Shown piece by piece: positions 18,999 to 32,789 of a stretch of DNA of 64,000 bases. Made by a program: the position numbers and the translations under genes. The first letter of the stretch is position 1. Every line of letters begins with the position of its first letter. The notes under the pieces were generated by a model, which saw nothing but the letters and a program-made list of their open reading frames with translations, did no database searches and had not been told where the DNA came from. Origin of the DNA: Balanoglossus misakiensis (taxonomy: Eukaryota > Animalia > Hemichordata); NCBI GenBank assembly GCA_040954595.2, contig CM082588.2, positions 8,664,844 through 8,728,843 of the forward strand, read 5' to 3'.

Positions 18999-19956
18999 CC
19001 TCATCCTGTAAATAGGCTTTATTAGCCCGTTGGATGATGGATAAAAAAAAGAGAAATGTCTAAACAGTATGTTATTTATGAACATGGTCAGGAAAAAAAA
19101 GTTAGAATGTGTGAATCAGGGTATTATTTAGTCGTTAAAAATATGCTTTTCACTGGCATAACTTGACTGTACGGCCAAAATAATAAATTTTGTTTCTGGC
19201 CACAGCATTTATTCCAAAATAGGGATATTATCTTGGGTTATTATATAAGAACTTAAAATATTATTATGAGCAAGAATGGTATTTGGTTCATGCATAAAGA
19301 GGCATGATCATAAGATCAAATTTTCAGAGAGGGTCATACACACTACATGTACTAATAAACAAAACAAAAAATGAACTGGCCAGAGATGGCGCTATTGAAT
19401 TTTAAAGATAATTCATAAAGTTGCTCATTGGGATTGTTCACATTATTCTGATTACTGACAACTTTGACTCAAAGAAAATTATCCACTATACATGCAAAGG
19501 TAGAGGGCTGACACAGAGAAATTTTAAGAAATCCTCAAATTGACTCAAAGCTTTTAAAAATTGTTTGTTAGACAGCACACTGTTGGCCACTGATCATCAC
19601 ATAATAGGAACTTTGCTATTACAATTCAGAATGTCGTAGTGGTGTCCAGTGAATGGAAACATAGATGAAATGACTACTTGCCACCCTTGGCCACCTGACA
19701 TGATCTTGGCTCTTGACAGGACATAATCTAATATTTTCCAAAAATGAGGTTTGACCTGTGGTGGCGCTTCAGGCATCTGCCCCTGTATTTAAAATGAGGA
19801 AAAATCAAGTACATGTGTCAGATGTAATCTCAACAGCAATCATGTGATTTGATACCACCGCATATAAATCATGTATCTGATCAGATTACGGATCTATGTT
19901 CACAAGAAATTCTTGCTTGCCATTCAGCATGTAGGATTTCTCAGAAGATTACAATG

Positions 19957-20306
19957 TTAAAGGGACAAAGTCTCTCTCTCTCGCTGCCCTTTTCCCATTA
20001 ATTATGATTGATACAAGACACCATTTACGTTTATGTAAATTTAGTGAATCAACGTTCAACCACACACAATGTCCATCCCGCTTGTAGACACTTGGAGTAA
20101 AAAACTTGCCAAAATGAAAAATTAGTCTCTACCCTTCATTCAATTTGGCAATTGTTTTACTCTCATATCCTACAAGTGGGATGGAAATTGTGCGTGGTCG
20201 AACATTGGTTCACTATATATTCACATGTAGAACAACATAAACGATGTATTGTATCAAATAAAATTAATGGAAAGTGCAGTGAGAGAGAGAGACTGTGTCC
20301 CTTTAA
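19957..20306. mobile_element. Family A Kolobok-like MITE, full copy
   Basis: TTAA-flanked AGGG...CCCT palindromic element. Confidence 0.85.
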
Positions 20307-21257
20307 TCCAAAAGCATTAAAATATATTGTGGCAATCAACTGTGAGGGCTCTGTTTCAGTCGCAACCACCTGTAGAACCCAGTAACCTCACAGCGTCTAA
20401 TCTAAAACAACAACCAGCAAACGCTACCTGCATCTTTCAGAAAACATTCCATGCTCCACAGAAACCGAGTGTAGTTGAGTGTCGCAACTCCCCTTTATAG
20501 ACCATACACTGTGACACACATAGAGATATAATGAAAAGAAATTCTGTTAATACAGCCAGCATCAGTTTCATACCTAATAAATTCTTAGGGATTCAATCAA
20601 ATTTTCTGCATTGTAATTAATACTTTTTCATTTACATAAACCAATCACAATGAATGTCACTCCTATAATTGCATTTTGCAGATTTTATTATCCAGTTCTG
20701 AGTATTAATAATTATAACCCGTATGCATATTTGGAGTTGTGGGACTTAGGTCTACCAGCATCCCTGATGCGATTTTATTGGTGTTTTTGTTGCCAGTCAT
20801 TCCACTGTGCAGTTTGCCTTTTATGACTCTCCTTTGATGAGCATACAGTCTATTACACTTTTCGTATGAAATGAAAAAGTGACTATAAAATGGAAAGACA
20901 AGAGAAAGCTATATTTTCTGGCCACTGTTTACTTTATCAATCTATCTGTGTCAACATATGTTCTGATTTCACACATGTACATGTAGGTTCTTATACATAT
21001 ATCAATATGTCATATATAAATTAGTAGATTTTAATCTATCTGTACTACATGATGTAAGAAGTGAGGATTTTGATTTGCAAAGTCACAATTGTCACAAATT
21101 ACTGACCTGTTATATTAAATAATATCTCCAAATATTGTTCTGGTCACCTCGCTTCCAGTATTTCAGGTCTTCACATCATAAAGTATGTCACTGACCCACT
21201 AAAACTAAAAGACTGTGACAAAGTTCATTTCATGTCTCTAGACCTGCCACTTTTTGC

Positions 21258-21515
21258 ATTAATTATGTTTGATGCAAGAAACAGTTAATGTTATTTTACA
21301 TGTGGATATATAGTGAATCAATGTTCGACCACACACACCTTCCATCCCCCCACTTGTAGAAACGAGAGTGAAAAACTCGCCAAAACGAATAATCGGTCTT
21401 GACCACTTATTCATTTTGAGCGAGTTTTCACTCTCATAATTATAATACAAGGGGGATGGAAGTTTTGTTTGGTCGAATGGAAAAAGGGCAGCGAGAGAGA
21501 GACTTTGCCCTTTAA
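21258..21515. mobile_element. Family A MITE, partial or internally deleted copy
   Basis: Shares ctacatgtggatatatagtgaatcaa-type internal sequence and the gggcagcgagagagagactttgccct|ttaa end. Confidence 0.75.
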
Positions 21516-23130
21516 ATACATGGAGCAATATAAAATCATATGGGACAAATAACCGACAATATCAGATTAGCCTATTGCAATGCTTGAAAGTTTCACTGCA
21601 TCCAATCTCAGATGTGACGAACAACTTCTGTCTTGCTTAACATGTTTTCATCCAGAGAAGCGAATTTTGTCAACGCATACCTTCGGGTCTGGTGAAAGTC
21701 AATTGAAAAATCTCCAAGCTTTGTAGCCACTTTGTTTACACAGACTTTCAGTGCAATGTTTTCACTATTGGCATGAATTTGTATTAAAAATCAGGGTTGA
21801 TATACTGGTACATGTAGTCATGTTGTTGTAACATAAAAATAAACAATGCAGTAGGTTTCAGAGATTTTCCTATGTAGTGGTCCCAAGGTCTGCTGGTATC
21901 ATGTCGAGGCTGGGTAAACCAAGGCTAATCCAAAGCCATTGCTCAGACATTCCTCAACCAATTTATTTCACACTTTGCATATATAAAAGACGGTTAACTA
22001 TGATGTACATGTATGCATATCAGTTTTATTTTGCAAAGTGATCAAATATACCTGCCCGGTGGTTGTTTTGATACTTTTTAATGTTCAGTGCCATTTTGCA
22101 GACATCTCTGGACTGATTTCATTCCAACATGTTTTTCGTCGATATTTTCTTAAAATATTAATGCAACCGAGTTTTTGTCATTGATGGCAACTTAGTGAGG
22201 ACTTTTTCAAAACTCTACTCTAGGGTGGCATGCACACAAGTTAGGAGTGTTTTGTTTTTCAAGTCACAAATGCATGTACACTGTAAATGTACTTTCCAGA
22301 ATAGTCCAATATTCCAACAACTTTGTATGAAAGATTCTCTTGGAAGAAAGTGTTTCCCAATTAGTAACAATAATTAATACCTATATCTGATGTACCAGAC
22401 AACACTGGCCCCAAGTGGAAATTGTTCAGAAAAACTAGCCAATATAGTTAAAATTTTGTTTGGTCAGTTTGCGACCCCTAATATACCACTTTATTATGGA
22501 AAAGGGAAATAGAAACATTTTTCACCCAAAGTTGATTATCTTTTGACAAAATTGACAATATATGTGAATGTGAAAAAACCCTGTACATGACCAAAACAAT
22601 GAAAGCTTGTCAATAATCATGAATAGAAGACATAATTACATTACCCGTACTTTTTAGATGTTCTGTCAGCCCATATATCTCATCATTTGACAGCGTATTA
22701 AAAGGTTCATTAGGCATTCCCAACAGCTGAGACCCATCACTTTGGAAATGAACTTTTAAATGGTCGCAGTGACATGGGGGTAGCACAGTGATGGCTGTGT
22801 TCTCCATTCTGTGGCAATTGTACACGGTCTTTTCAGTCGAGCCAACCAGGTGGAACTTGATGGCTACTAAAGGCCTTTTGGGAATTTTGCTTTTGTGAGG
22901 CGTACAGCAGTCTGCAAGTATATAATGCTTTGTGTCTGTCTCTCTGTATTTTCTCTGTAAGTCACTGTTTCGTTATTTCGCTCTTTTCTTCGCGCCGTTT
23001 TTAGTGTCAGACTTTGATGGGCGGTCCGTCTCAAGGACTGGTTTGTCCTCTAGTGTGTCCGTGTGTGTGGCTGGGTGTATGTAGTGAGGTGATCTGGGGC
23101 GTGTTCATTCAGTTACTGTACATGTGTTGA

Positions 23131-23355
23131 GAGACCTATGGCGGCCGTGCCTTCTCTTATGCAGCCCCTAAACTGTGGAACGCACTACCTCTTGACATCA
23201 GGGAATCTACAAACCTGGAGACTTTCCAAAGAAAACTGAAAACTCACATGTTCGAAAGAGTATACAATGTGGTTTAACCATGAGCGTCATTGGGCAAAAT
23301 TTCTTGTTTTGGATTTTGGCGCTATGTATAAACTTTTTGTTGATTGATTGATTGA
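23131..23355 (+). mobile_element. 5'-truncated L2/CR1-group LINE 3' end
   Basis: 23134-23277 translates to TYGGRAFSYAAPKLWNALPLDIRESTNLETFQRKLKTHMFERVYNVV*, the typical C-terminus of L2/Crack/CR1 ORF2. It is followed by a short 3' UTR and a (TTGA)n tail. Confidence 0.85.
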
Positions 23356-23675
23356 GTTATTGGTATCGGGGAAACGTGTATCACAGTATGTTGTCAGTCG
23401 TGGTGGACAGAGAGAAAAAGTTGGACACGCTGGAACAGGATAGAATTAGCCGGAGGTCTACATGTACCACAAGGATTGGTTGAGGATCCGGATGGGGCAT
23501 GTGTAATGACAATTGAATAAATCTTGACTAAGGCCAATTGGCAGACTTCCACCGTGTGCAGAGAAAGTGATTTGTGATATCGGATATGTTGGAGTATATC
23601 ACATGGTATGTGAAGGATAGAAATGTCTTTTTTGAATGCAGACTGTGAGGGCTGACACTGACCTCTATGCATGGA

Positions 23676-24066
23676 TTAAAGGGACAAAGTCTCTCTCTCG
23701 CTGCCCCTTTTTCCATTAATTACATGTATGTTTGATACAAGACACTGTTATTCTAGAGACAAGACACTAAATGTGTTATTTCTACATGTGGATATATAGT
23801 GAATCAACGTTCGACCACACACAATTTCCATCCCGTCTGTAGGATATGAGAGTAAATATTTCACTAAAATGAATAAAAAGTAAACACCGATTATTCATTT
23901 TGACGAGTTTTTCACTCTCATATCATGCACGTGGGATGGAAGTTGTGTGTGGTTGAACGTTGATTCACTATATATCCACATGTACATTAACATTAACAGT
24001 GTCTTGTATTAAACATAATTAATGGGAAAAGGGGTAGCGAGGGAGAGAGAGACTTTGTCCCTTTAA
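23676..24066. mobile_element. Family A Kolobok-like MITE, full copy
   Basis: TTAA-flanked AGGG...CCCT palindromic element. Confidence 0.85.
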
Positions 24067-24983
24067 TAGTATATAATTATGAGGATATACAATGTACATG
24101 TATTATGCATCGTGTGCTGTAGGGCATTCTTCACTTCCATACAGATGGTTGTATATGACTAGCCAGCTACCAGTGACACATATGTTTGTTTTAATTGAAT
24201 TTCTGTATAGTCTACCTGCTGTCCAAATTAATAGATTTAATCTAGCATAGCCTTGTATCAGAAAATGTTGACATACATGATACAGGTTCAGTCAATCTCT
24301 CCCAGCCTGTACTCAGTATCAACTAGTACCGGTATACATAATTTTACCCTATAAAATTTCAAACCGGGTAGCCCACAATCGTTGCCTAAATCAAATTTTT
24401 AACATTTTTTTCCCACCGAAAATATAAGTTACTAAGTTTTTATCTGTGTGAGACCCAAAGATTATTACTCTTCGAGTAAATCGGTTGCTTAGTAAAAGTG
24501 TAAATAAATAAACAAAACCAATTTCTTCTGAAATCTTCTTTCTAACTGTTTATCAAAGAGTTTTGAAGTGTAGTTTACAGGTTGTCGGTCATACAGATGT
24601 GATAGAATATTTGTATGTACAAGTATGAAGGTTCGCTTGGGATAATTCAGTCAGTGTGGTTCAAGTTTAATTTGTGACATGGCCAATCTTCACCCTGTAT
24701 AAAAGAAATCACTGTTCTCTTTTTTACTTTTGAGAGAATTTTGGCTCAAAATATAAACTATTAATACCGTTAAGTTAATCTTTTTCTACTTTCAATTCAT
24801 TTGTTGATTGTCAAAGAACAAGTGAATAGTATTTCAGAGAGATGAAACGGTTTAAATTTCTACAATACAGCAAAGCCAGATGTTCACTCTGGTTACAGCT
24901 TGAATAAATAAAATGAGACTTTCAATACTGTATCAATAAATGGCAGTTGTATCAATTGTATGACTGGTGGTGTAGTTACTTCT

Positions 24984-25328
24984 TTAAAGGCAAATGACCT
25001 GCAACTGGATAAAAAATTGAAGTTTTAAATAATCCCATATATGCTTTTATTTATGTCTATCAAATGATATTTCATGATAGTATATCAAGATCAACACTCA
25101 TTTATGACAAAATGGCCAAAATTTAAAGAAAATCGAAAATTCCTGCAATTTCTAAAAAATGCAATATTGCAATGAAAAATAAAAATGTAATGTCTCAGCG
25201 GAGTGCTTTTACTTCCATGAGTTATAGCACATATAGTTCAGTGCCAACATCAGCATGGGCTGATGGTAGTACAGTTTGAAAAAAAAGTATGATAATTATC
25301 CCAAAAGTTGCAGCTTATGTGCCTTTAA
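24984..25328. mobile_element. Family C TTAA-flanked Kolobok-like MITE
   Basis: ttaa|aggcaaatgacctgcaact ... agttgcagcttatgtgcct|ttaa. A longer copy is at 51179-51689, with fragments near 10755 and 41652. Confidence 0.75.
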
Positions 25329-27779
25329 TAGTCACATGGGCAGATATACCATTTTTTCATGATTAATTAATATACGGGTAACACTGCAAATGCGATTGAT
25401 CTTGAATCAAAATGCAGTCAATGCAAATTCTTCAGTCACATGTCAAAAAATGCGTTGTCTGTTCGGAGAATATATCAGATAGACAAGGCAAGAGTTGGAT
25501 TATAAAAGATCAAATCAAGGCTGCACTTTTAAGTTGTAATTAAAACAGGGGTAAATAAATAAACAAACACATTTGGTTGAGAATAACAAAAATACGGACT
25601 CAGACTCAGTTGTATGTGAAAATAGGATTATTGTGATACTGCGCAAGTTGCATTCATGTTTTTGTTCACAAATGATTGGCATATTGCTGATAATCGAGTG
25701 AATACTCTTATAACCTACATGTACCATTGTGGTCAGTAAAAACAAAATTCAGTGACTGATCATTTGTGAAATACATGTAGATTGTTCAGGAAACGTTTTC
25801 TTTTCCAGCTATATCGTAAATTACATCATTATGAACACTGAGGATAATTATAGGTTATCATAATTTTATCAGTTTGTATGTAACTTGTAAGAAAATCAAT
25901 GTTTGAAATCTTTCGATGGAGTAACGACAGATTATACTATACTATAACCGAACATTTGGTTTGGTTGTTCTGTTTTTATGCATACATATCCAAATAATTT
26001 ACATCAAAACTTTTGCACCGTACTGGGATAATGCACATGCCACTATGAAAAGATACTATTTAACAGAAATTTGTCAACAGTGCTTGTAATTGTAAAATAT
26101 CAACTTGAAACACACAGACCAATATATTTCCTTTAGGACGGCAGAGTTCACTATCAAAGAGTCTGTAGAATTTAGACTGTGATTATTGTCACTGATTTTA
26201 TACAAAGTGAAAACAATTGCCGATGTTAAGAAGCTGCCCTCATACTGCCCTGTTATGAGGGACATGTATGGTCTTAAAGAGATTACTGGTGTATAGTGTA
26301 TTTAAATTTGGGTGGTCCACTCTTCAAAAAGCTGGTAAGGCCAAAGTAATTAAATTCTTTGTTTTGCGTTCACTCTTGTAGGTTTTCAGAGGTTTTAGAG
26401 AAAAAACACAGAGAAAGTTTTCTTGAAAAATTTTGCCCATGGACAAAATTTTGTCACAAAAATAAGCCATGACATTCACATTGCAGCAACAGACTTCTTT
26501 ATGCAGTCATCTTTGACAGCCAAAGAACCACTTGGCAATGTAAAATGGTCATGTCAAATCATCACAGGAACACGCATATAGCTTGACATAACTGTCAATT
26601 TAAATAAGGCAAAGTTGTGTGTTCAATTTTGCATGTGTGTTTTATAACTGCTAAGCCGCCCACTTTTCAGAATTTTGAGTGGACGCAAAACAAAGAAGGT
26701 ACTTACTTTGGCCTAATTGACAATTAAACGCTGGCAGGGCCATTCTCCAAAAGTAGTGAGGTAGATGTAAGGGGGTCTCAGTCAACAATATGGCAATTCT
26801 CTCTCTGTCCCTTTCTTTTCTTCCCTCCCCCCTCTCTCCCCTCTCCCTCTCTCTGAATGGCCTAGGTGATACATTCAAGTTATCTCTGAGATATATTTTA
26901 TGAAACTTATTAAAAAAATTCTTTAATTCAAATCCCTTGTCCAGTCAATGAATATATTTGAATTTTTACATCATCTAGAACATGTAAAACATATGTGGTT
27001 GACACTCTAACAAATTTATGTTATACTGAAATAAACTTTGATGAGTTTGAATAAAATACTTGCTCCAGTTGCCATGGGTATAGTTCAGGATTAGTCAGAC
27101 AAAATGTATGGTTTATCACACTTCATAACTTTGTATGTATAAATGCAAAAAAATGATGTTGTATAGTTGCCCCTTAAATGCTAACAAAAGGTCCTGCAAG
27201 AGCTTTATTCAATTATCTAAAAAAGAAAAACTATGTCACTGTACTTGACTTTTAATAGAACGCTGTACAGATATTTCTACCATAGGAAGCCCTTGGTACT
27301 GATAGGAAAAGTTCTTATTTTCTCATACTTTCAATGATTTTAAATATAACAATTTTTTGGGTGGGACCTCCTGATCATAGTTTCTTCATATAGATAAAAT
27401 AACATACTTACTGTTGGAAAATTACTGAATTGTTGTACATGTATTAAATTCTTGTGATCTCCCTATATTGTTTTAAGACTAAAATGTGCATTAATGATTA
27501 ACCTGCATGGAATTACTGTAAGAAATAAAGGAAATTTGTCATATTAACTAAAAAAAATTAGGAATACTTTTCTATTTTTGTAATGACAATATCCTCTCAT
27601 AATTTACAGTGTGAAAAGAAAAAAAAACAAGAGGCTAAATATCGCGCTCAAAAACATTGGTCGTCTAATTCCATATAGGATGGGGTCACCTAAAAAGACA
27701 GTCCACATTTTTTTGAGTACCCTATCTTATAAAAGACAATGACGAAACTGTTGGAAGACATTTGTATCTATTATTAATA

Positions 27780-28440
27780 CTATTCACGTCCCCATTCGAG
27801 TGGTCTGTTTCCACGGGAGCCAGGTAGCTAGATCACCGGCTGTATGCACGTTCGCGGTCGGTCGTCGGCGGTTAGTTGAAGCAGCGCTGACTCGACTGTC
27901 CTTGAAGCGAGCTGCGTATCCCCAGATAACCCCTACACGAACAAAGGCTGTGATGTCATTTGACGAAGATTGACAGGTCACAATGACCTCTCCAGCGCGC
28001 TGATTGGCCCACACAAGATGTCAGGTTGGACGCGTAATTGATACAGATTCCCGCTTTGATAAATAAACACAGTGAATTAGCGCGTGAGGTCTGCCCATCA
28101 AATTGTGGGAGTTGCCAATAAGCCCATACCATCGTTGCCACACATGTTACAAGTCTGGCCATTTCCATGGAAATTGCTACATTTGTTGCTACATTGTTGC
28201 ACGTGATTGGCTGATAAGATTGACACGGACTAGTAGATAGCGCAGGAAAAAAAACTCGCGAAGAGTTTGATATTCGGACAGTTCTGTGCGTTGAAGTTTT
28301 CGTTAAGGCATCCGAAACCCTCGAGTGCGTTTCCTATACACATTGAAATATCCGCCATTGAAGTTTTGGCTTGATTGTAAAGAAATCTCTCGACTTTGGC
28401 GTTTTTTTCTCTCCCCGGCTGAAGTGATCGACCACACAAA
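27780..28440 (+). promoter_or_regulatory. AHR proximal promoter and 5' UTR (CpG-rich)
   Basis: CpG-enriched relative to the window. Contains CCAAT boxes (ATTGG ~28003, CCAAT ~28115, ATTGG 28206), a CACGTG E-box at 28200-28205 and GCGTG at 28082. There is no ATG in the ~210 nt before the start codon. Confidence 0.6.
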
Positions 28441-29804
28441 ATGTACGCTGGTCGCAAGAGGAGACGGCCCGTCAAACGGTAAGGTACCGGGAGCGTGACA
28501 TCGTTCTCGTGGTCCAACTTGACGCGCGTTTCAACCAACTGTACCAATAATTTCAAGCGCGATCTTTTAAAACGGAGCTTCGCGTGACAAAGTACACCAT
28601 AGCCGCACACATCTTGTTAACACGGTGTTTACATTCAGTGGGTTGCCTGCAATGAACTGTGGCCTCTGTTGTGTTTCTGATCGCATTTAAGCCCTTGTCA
28701 ACACGCTAAGAACCCTCATAGCGTGAGAATGAAATATTGCAAATTATCATACAATATAGAGGTTTAATATTTGGTTGGCAAGTGGCCGCGCACTAAAAGA
28801 AAAACCCTCATTTCGTTGTCAACAGAATCCCCGCCAACCAGGGGAATGCAGAAGTCAAGTCGAACCCGAGCAAGCGACACCGTGATCGACTGAATAAGGA
28901 ACTCGATAATCTTGCATCGCTTCTGCCCTTCGACGAAGATGTCATCGCCAAACTGGACAAATTATCCATACTCCGGCTCAGCGTCAGCTATCTGCGAAAC
29001 AAGAGCTTCTTCCAAAGTAAGTACGAACAAGTGAAAGTTTGCAATTTTTTCTGGTTGTATGTTTGCTCAGTTTCCGACAGGGTTTTTATCCGAGTTCCAA
29101 TACTATTTCAGTTGGCGTAGATTACCTGGTTCTTTCCGCAAATATACGATCAAAGCCTCAGGCGTCCCGTTATTCCTTGGTTTATATAGAAATAGATTTG
29201 TGGTTCAGTCTGTTTTTCACGTATTATGACCGCTGGTTCTTTTACACAATAGCAAGGGATACTAATATTTCTATATTTGTGAATTGACTGGATAGATTTC
29301 CATGTAAAACCTTGTAAAACAATTAATTAAAAAGTAGTTTCGACACGCCATGTGAAAATGCGCGTCGCATTATAACTGCCTCTTGACACGGCAATATTTT
29401 CATCCGGTATTGGCAATACTTCTATTGGGGATCTTCTACAACGTACCCAAACTGCCGTTTGAATAACTGCTGGTCATTCTATAAATTCCCCCATTCGTTG
29501 CTGATCATTATCAGTTTTATATTCAGTCCCCGTTTACCGTGTTTGTTTTCATATTTACAAGCAAGATACGAACATTTCGCCGTGTGACATGAGATGCAAA
29601 AAGTGCGTATATTGTCGAGTGTCAGATGTTCGCCGGTCGTAGTTACCCACGCGATGTACAGCAATTTCAGCATTGATATATTTATCGCGTATAAATATTG
29701 ACTTTCCTACCGTGTGCATACCGTTACTTCTGTTTGTGAATATTGTGAATCATGTACCTTTATATCTGTTTGTGAATATTTGGTATGATTCCACCCCTAG
29801 GAAT

Positions 29805-29864
<60 letters not shown>

Positions 29865-32752
29865 TCTAATTATTGTTTATTTTATATATCCACAATCGTT
29901 TCATTTTTGCGTAAAATAACAGATTTTCTGTTGTAGTTTTAAGTAAAGTTTAAACACATCCGATTCATTCAATCTCAGTATATCGGCGACCAAGATAGGC
30001 ATATTCGTAAAAGTTCTGAAGTCGCACCACGAGCTACGCCGCACTCAAGGTGTAGACCAGTATTTGACTCTACCTCAGAGAGAGCTGCGAAAATATCGGC
30101 GAAGTCGAAACTTTAAATTTCAGACGAAAGCCTTTCATTGCACATTACTGTTTATTGTTGATACATACAATGGAATAAGTTGAAAACGAACACGGAACGT
30201 GTTAACTTTTTTGTTATGCAGAATTGTTTTTTCCCCGGCAAATAAACGGCTGGGCTGTTAGCGGACGTGACTACGGTCGGATTGTGCAACGTACACCGTA
30301 TGCCGGCGTACGTTTGTACCGAAGCCCGTGCTGTGCTTGGATCCCCTCGGCGTGGTGTGGCCGGCCGTGGAACGGTAAATTCTCACCCGACATCCAATCG
30401 ACCTGGCCGTGTAGATAGATAAAAGGGTTGACCAGTTTCCACAATGCAGTCTGCAGCAATATCAGTGTAGTTAAGGATAAAAACACGAAAGGAACGGTAG
30501 ATCTGATAGCGGGTTCTCTCTAGGAGGAGTGACTCCACGGCTGCGGTAATGCGAGTTGTCTAGGCTCCGCCCAGAGGGTTGTCGGAGGGGCTGTGCTCGT
30601 TTTCATTCATAAAATGTAACATTTTACGAGTTGGAGACCACAGCATCAAGCAGTGTTGAACACACACTTTCATTTTCTCTCTGCGAAAATTGCGTTGTTT
30701 TGGCGCAGAAACTTCCATATCCGATTCGACATACATTGTACCTTCACCAAGCTGATATTTCTGACTTTTTTAATCACATGATTTCTTTAAAAAAAAAACT
30801 TTTTAAAATTTTTATGTTTATTGAAAGGAGAAAACATCTTTGCCAGGAGGATTTGTCATAAGATTTCTTCAGCATGAGTGACATAGTAAATTTAGCTTTA
30901 ATTTTAAATATTATATATTTTTATAGTACAGTATAGAAAAGGAATAATTTTAAGTAGGGACTGGTAGTTTTCATTTCAGATAAGACAATTTAACAGTGGC
31001 CTTTTTTATTGCCAGTTGCTTCAACCAAATATTTCATGTCTTAAAGGGACAAAATCTCTCTCTCACTGCCTTTTTCCATTAATTATGTTTGATACAAGAC
31101 ACCGTTTATGTTATTCTACATGTGGATATACATGTATAGTGAATCAACGTTCGACCACACACAACTTCCATCCCGTTTGTAGGATATGAGAGTGAAAAAT
31201 CTCACCAAAATGAATAATCAGTGTTTACCAATTATTCATTTTAAGCAAGTTTTTACTCTAATATCTTTTACTCTTTGATAAAAACTTTTATGTAAGATAT
31301 TACTCTACTTTACTCGGGCTGGGAAGGTTTGCATCTTTTAGTAGACATTCAAGTTTTATTGCTAGTTAATAGACAAGATTTCTGATCTAATAATGAACTG
31401 GTACAGAATTGGGCATTGGTGATATTTTTGTGTTCTTTGTCCATTACAAAGACCAGTAGCTATTGAAACACTGACTTTGACATTTTTATCACTTTACCCA
31501 TCTTTTTCAAGGTTGCATTTTCTCATTCGCTTGAATCTTTCCATTCTCAATCCTTTGAAGGCTTATATTCTATAATTGTATGAAATGAAAATTTACAAGC
31601 AAAGTCAATCAGTCAAGATGTACACTGTTCTCAAAAACATCTTTCTCTCATCCATTGTTTTTCTCTTTTTCAAGAGTCTTGATTCCCTCCCCTTCCCCTT
31701 GGAAACTGAGTAGACAGTAATCATGTTCAAACTTACATCCCAGTATCAGACTTTGATGGACAAGGCATGGTTCAGTATAGAGGACATTATTCTGCTTATT
31801 GAGACAAGCAAGGGGTATGGGGTTTTATCGGGCCAGTGGCATGAGTGAGGCTAGACATTAGTTTTGGAAGCAAAGCGGACAAAATACGGTTCAAGGAATG
31901 ATGATATTTTTTTTTGGGGGGGGGGGGTTGGTGTATCCTTATCATGGTACCTTTACTGCAGTCGTCATTTGTGCCTGGATGTAGCATATGTACGCAGCTC
32001 GACAAAAGTACAACAAACAATCTCATGTTCCATCATTGTCTGCTGTTCGGCTTCACTGACCACTATTTGATTTTATTCATACACCATTGGTATCAGAAAA
32101 CTTCCGTCACCCATGAGTAAAGCAAAGGTTACCACACACATACACACGTTTTCCATACTTTTAAATGCTGGTAGTCCCTGAACATTCTGAAGGTGTAATA
32201 AATTTTCAGTAACAGAGCAAACATTGAAAGGGGGAGAATTTAGTATTATATATAGTAATTGTGCACTCAGAGAATTATTGACTGGCATTGCTTGATTTTA
32301 GAGATGCTGGAGATTTGCTTCCATTCTGTTAGGGTGGAAATACAGCTATTATGGTTTAAGGGCATACAGTAGTTTCCATTTTTGTTTTCAACAACTCCCA
32401 GATCTTAGGTTTTCCTGATTGCTTTGCAATTTTTGTATGGTCCCAGTGTTATTCTTATCATGATTTGCCAAACTTGTGGTGGAAATATCAATATTGTTCT
32501 TTGGGCTATTTTTGCCACTTTGACCCAATTGCCTGATTGCTTTGCAGTGCTCACCAAGTTGCTTTGACTTTTGTGGTTTGTGGTTTCCTGGCAATGTTCA
32601 TTGTCAGACTTTGTCAAATCAGGAAACAAATTGCCAATTATCTTATAAATTTTATAGAAATCTATAATCCAGATTTGTGAAATGAATCTATCTGTCTGTC
32701 TGTCCGTCCGTCCGTTCGTCCATCCGTCTGTCTATCTTTCTAATAATCGTAG

Positions 32753-32789
<37 letters not shown>

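Noticed and set aside
28230-28610. 126-aa antisense ORF over AHR exon 1
   Set aside because: Its start is non-ATG, it has no recognisable domain, and such ORFs are expected by chance in a CpG-rich promoter.
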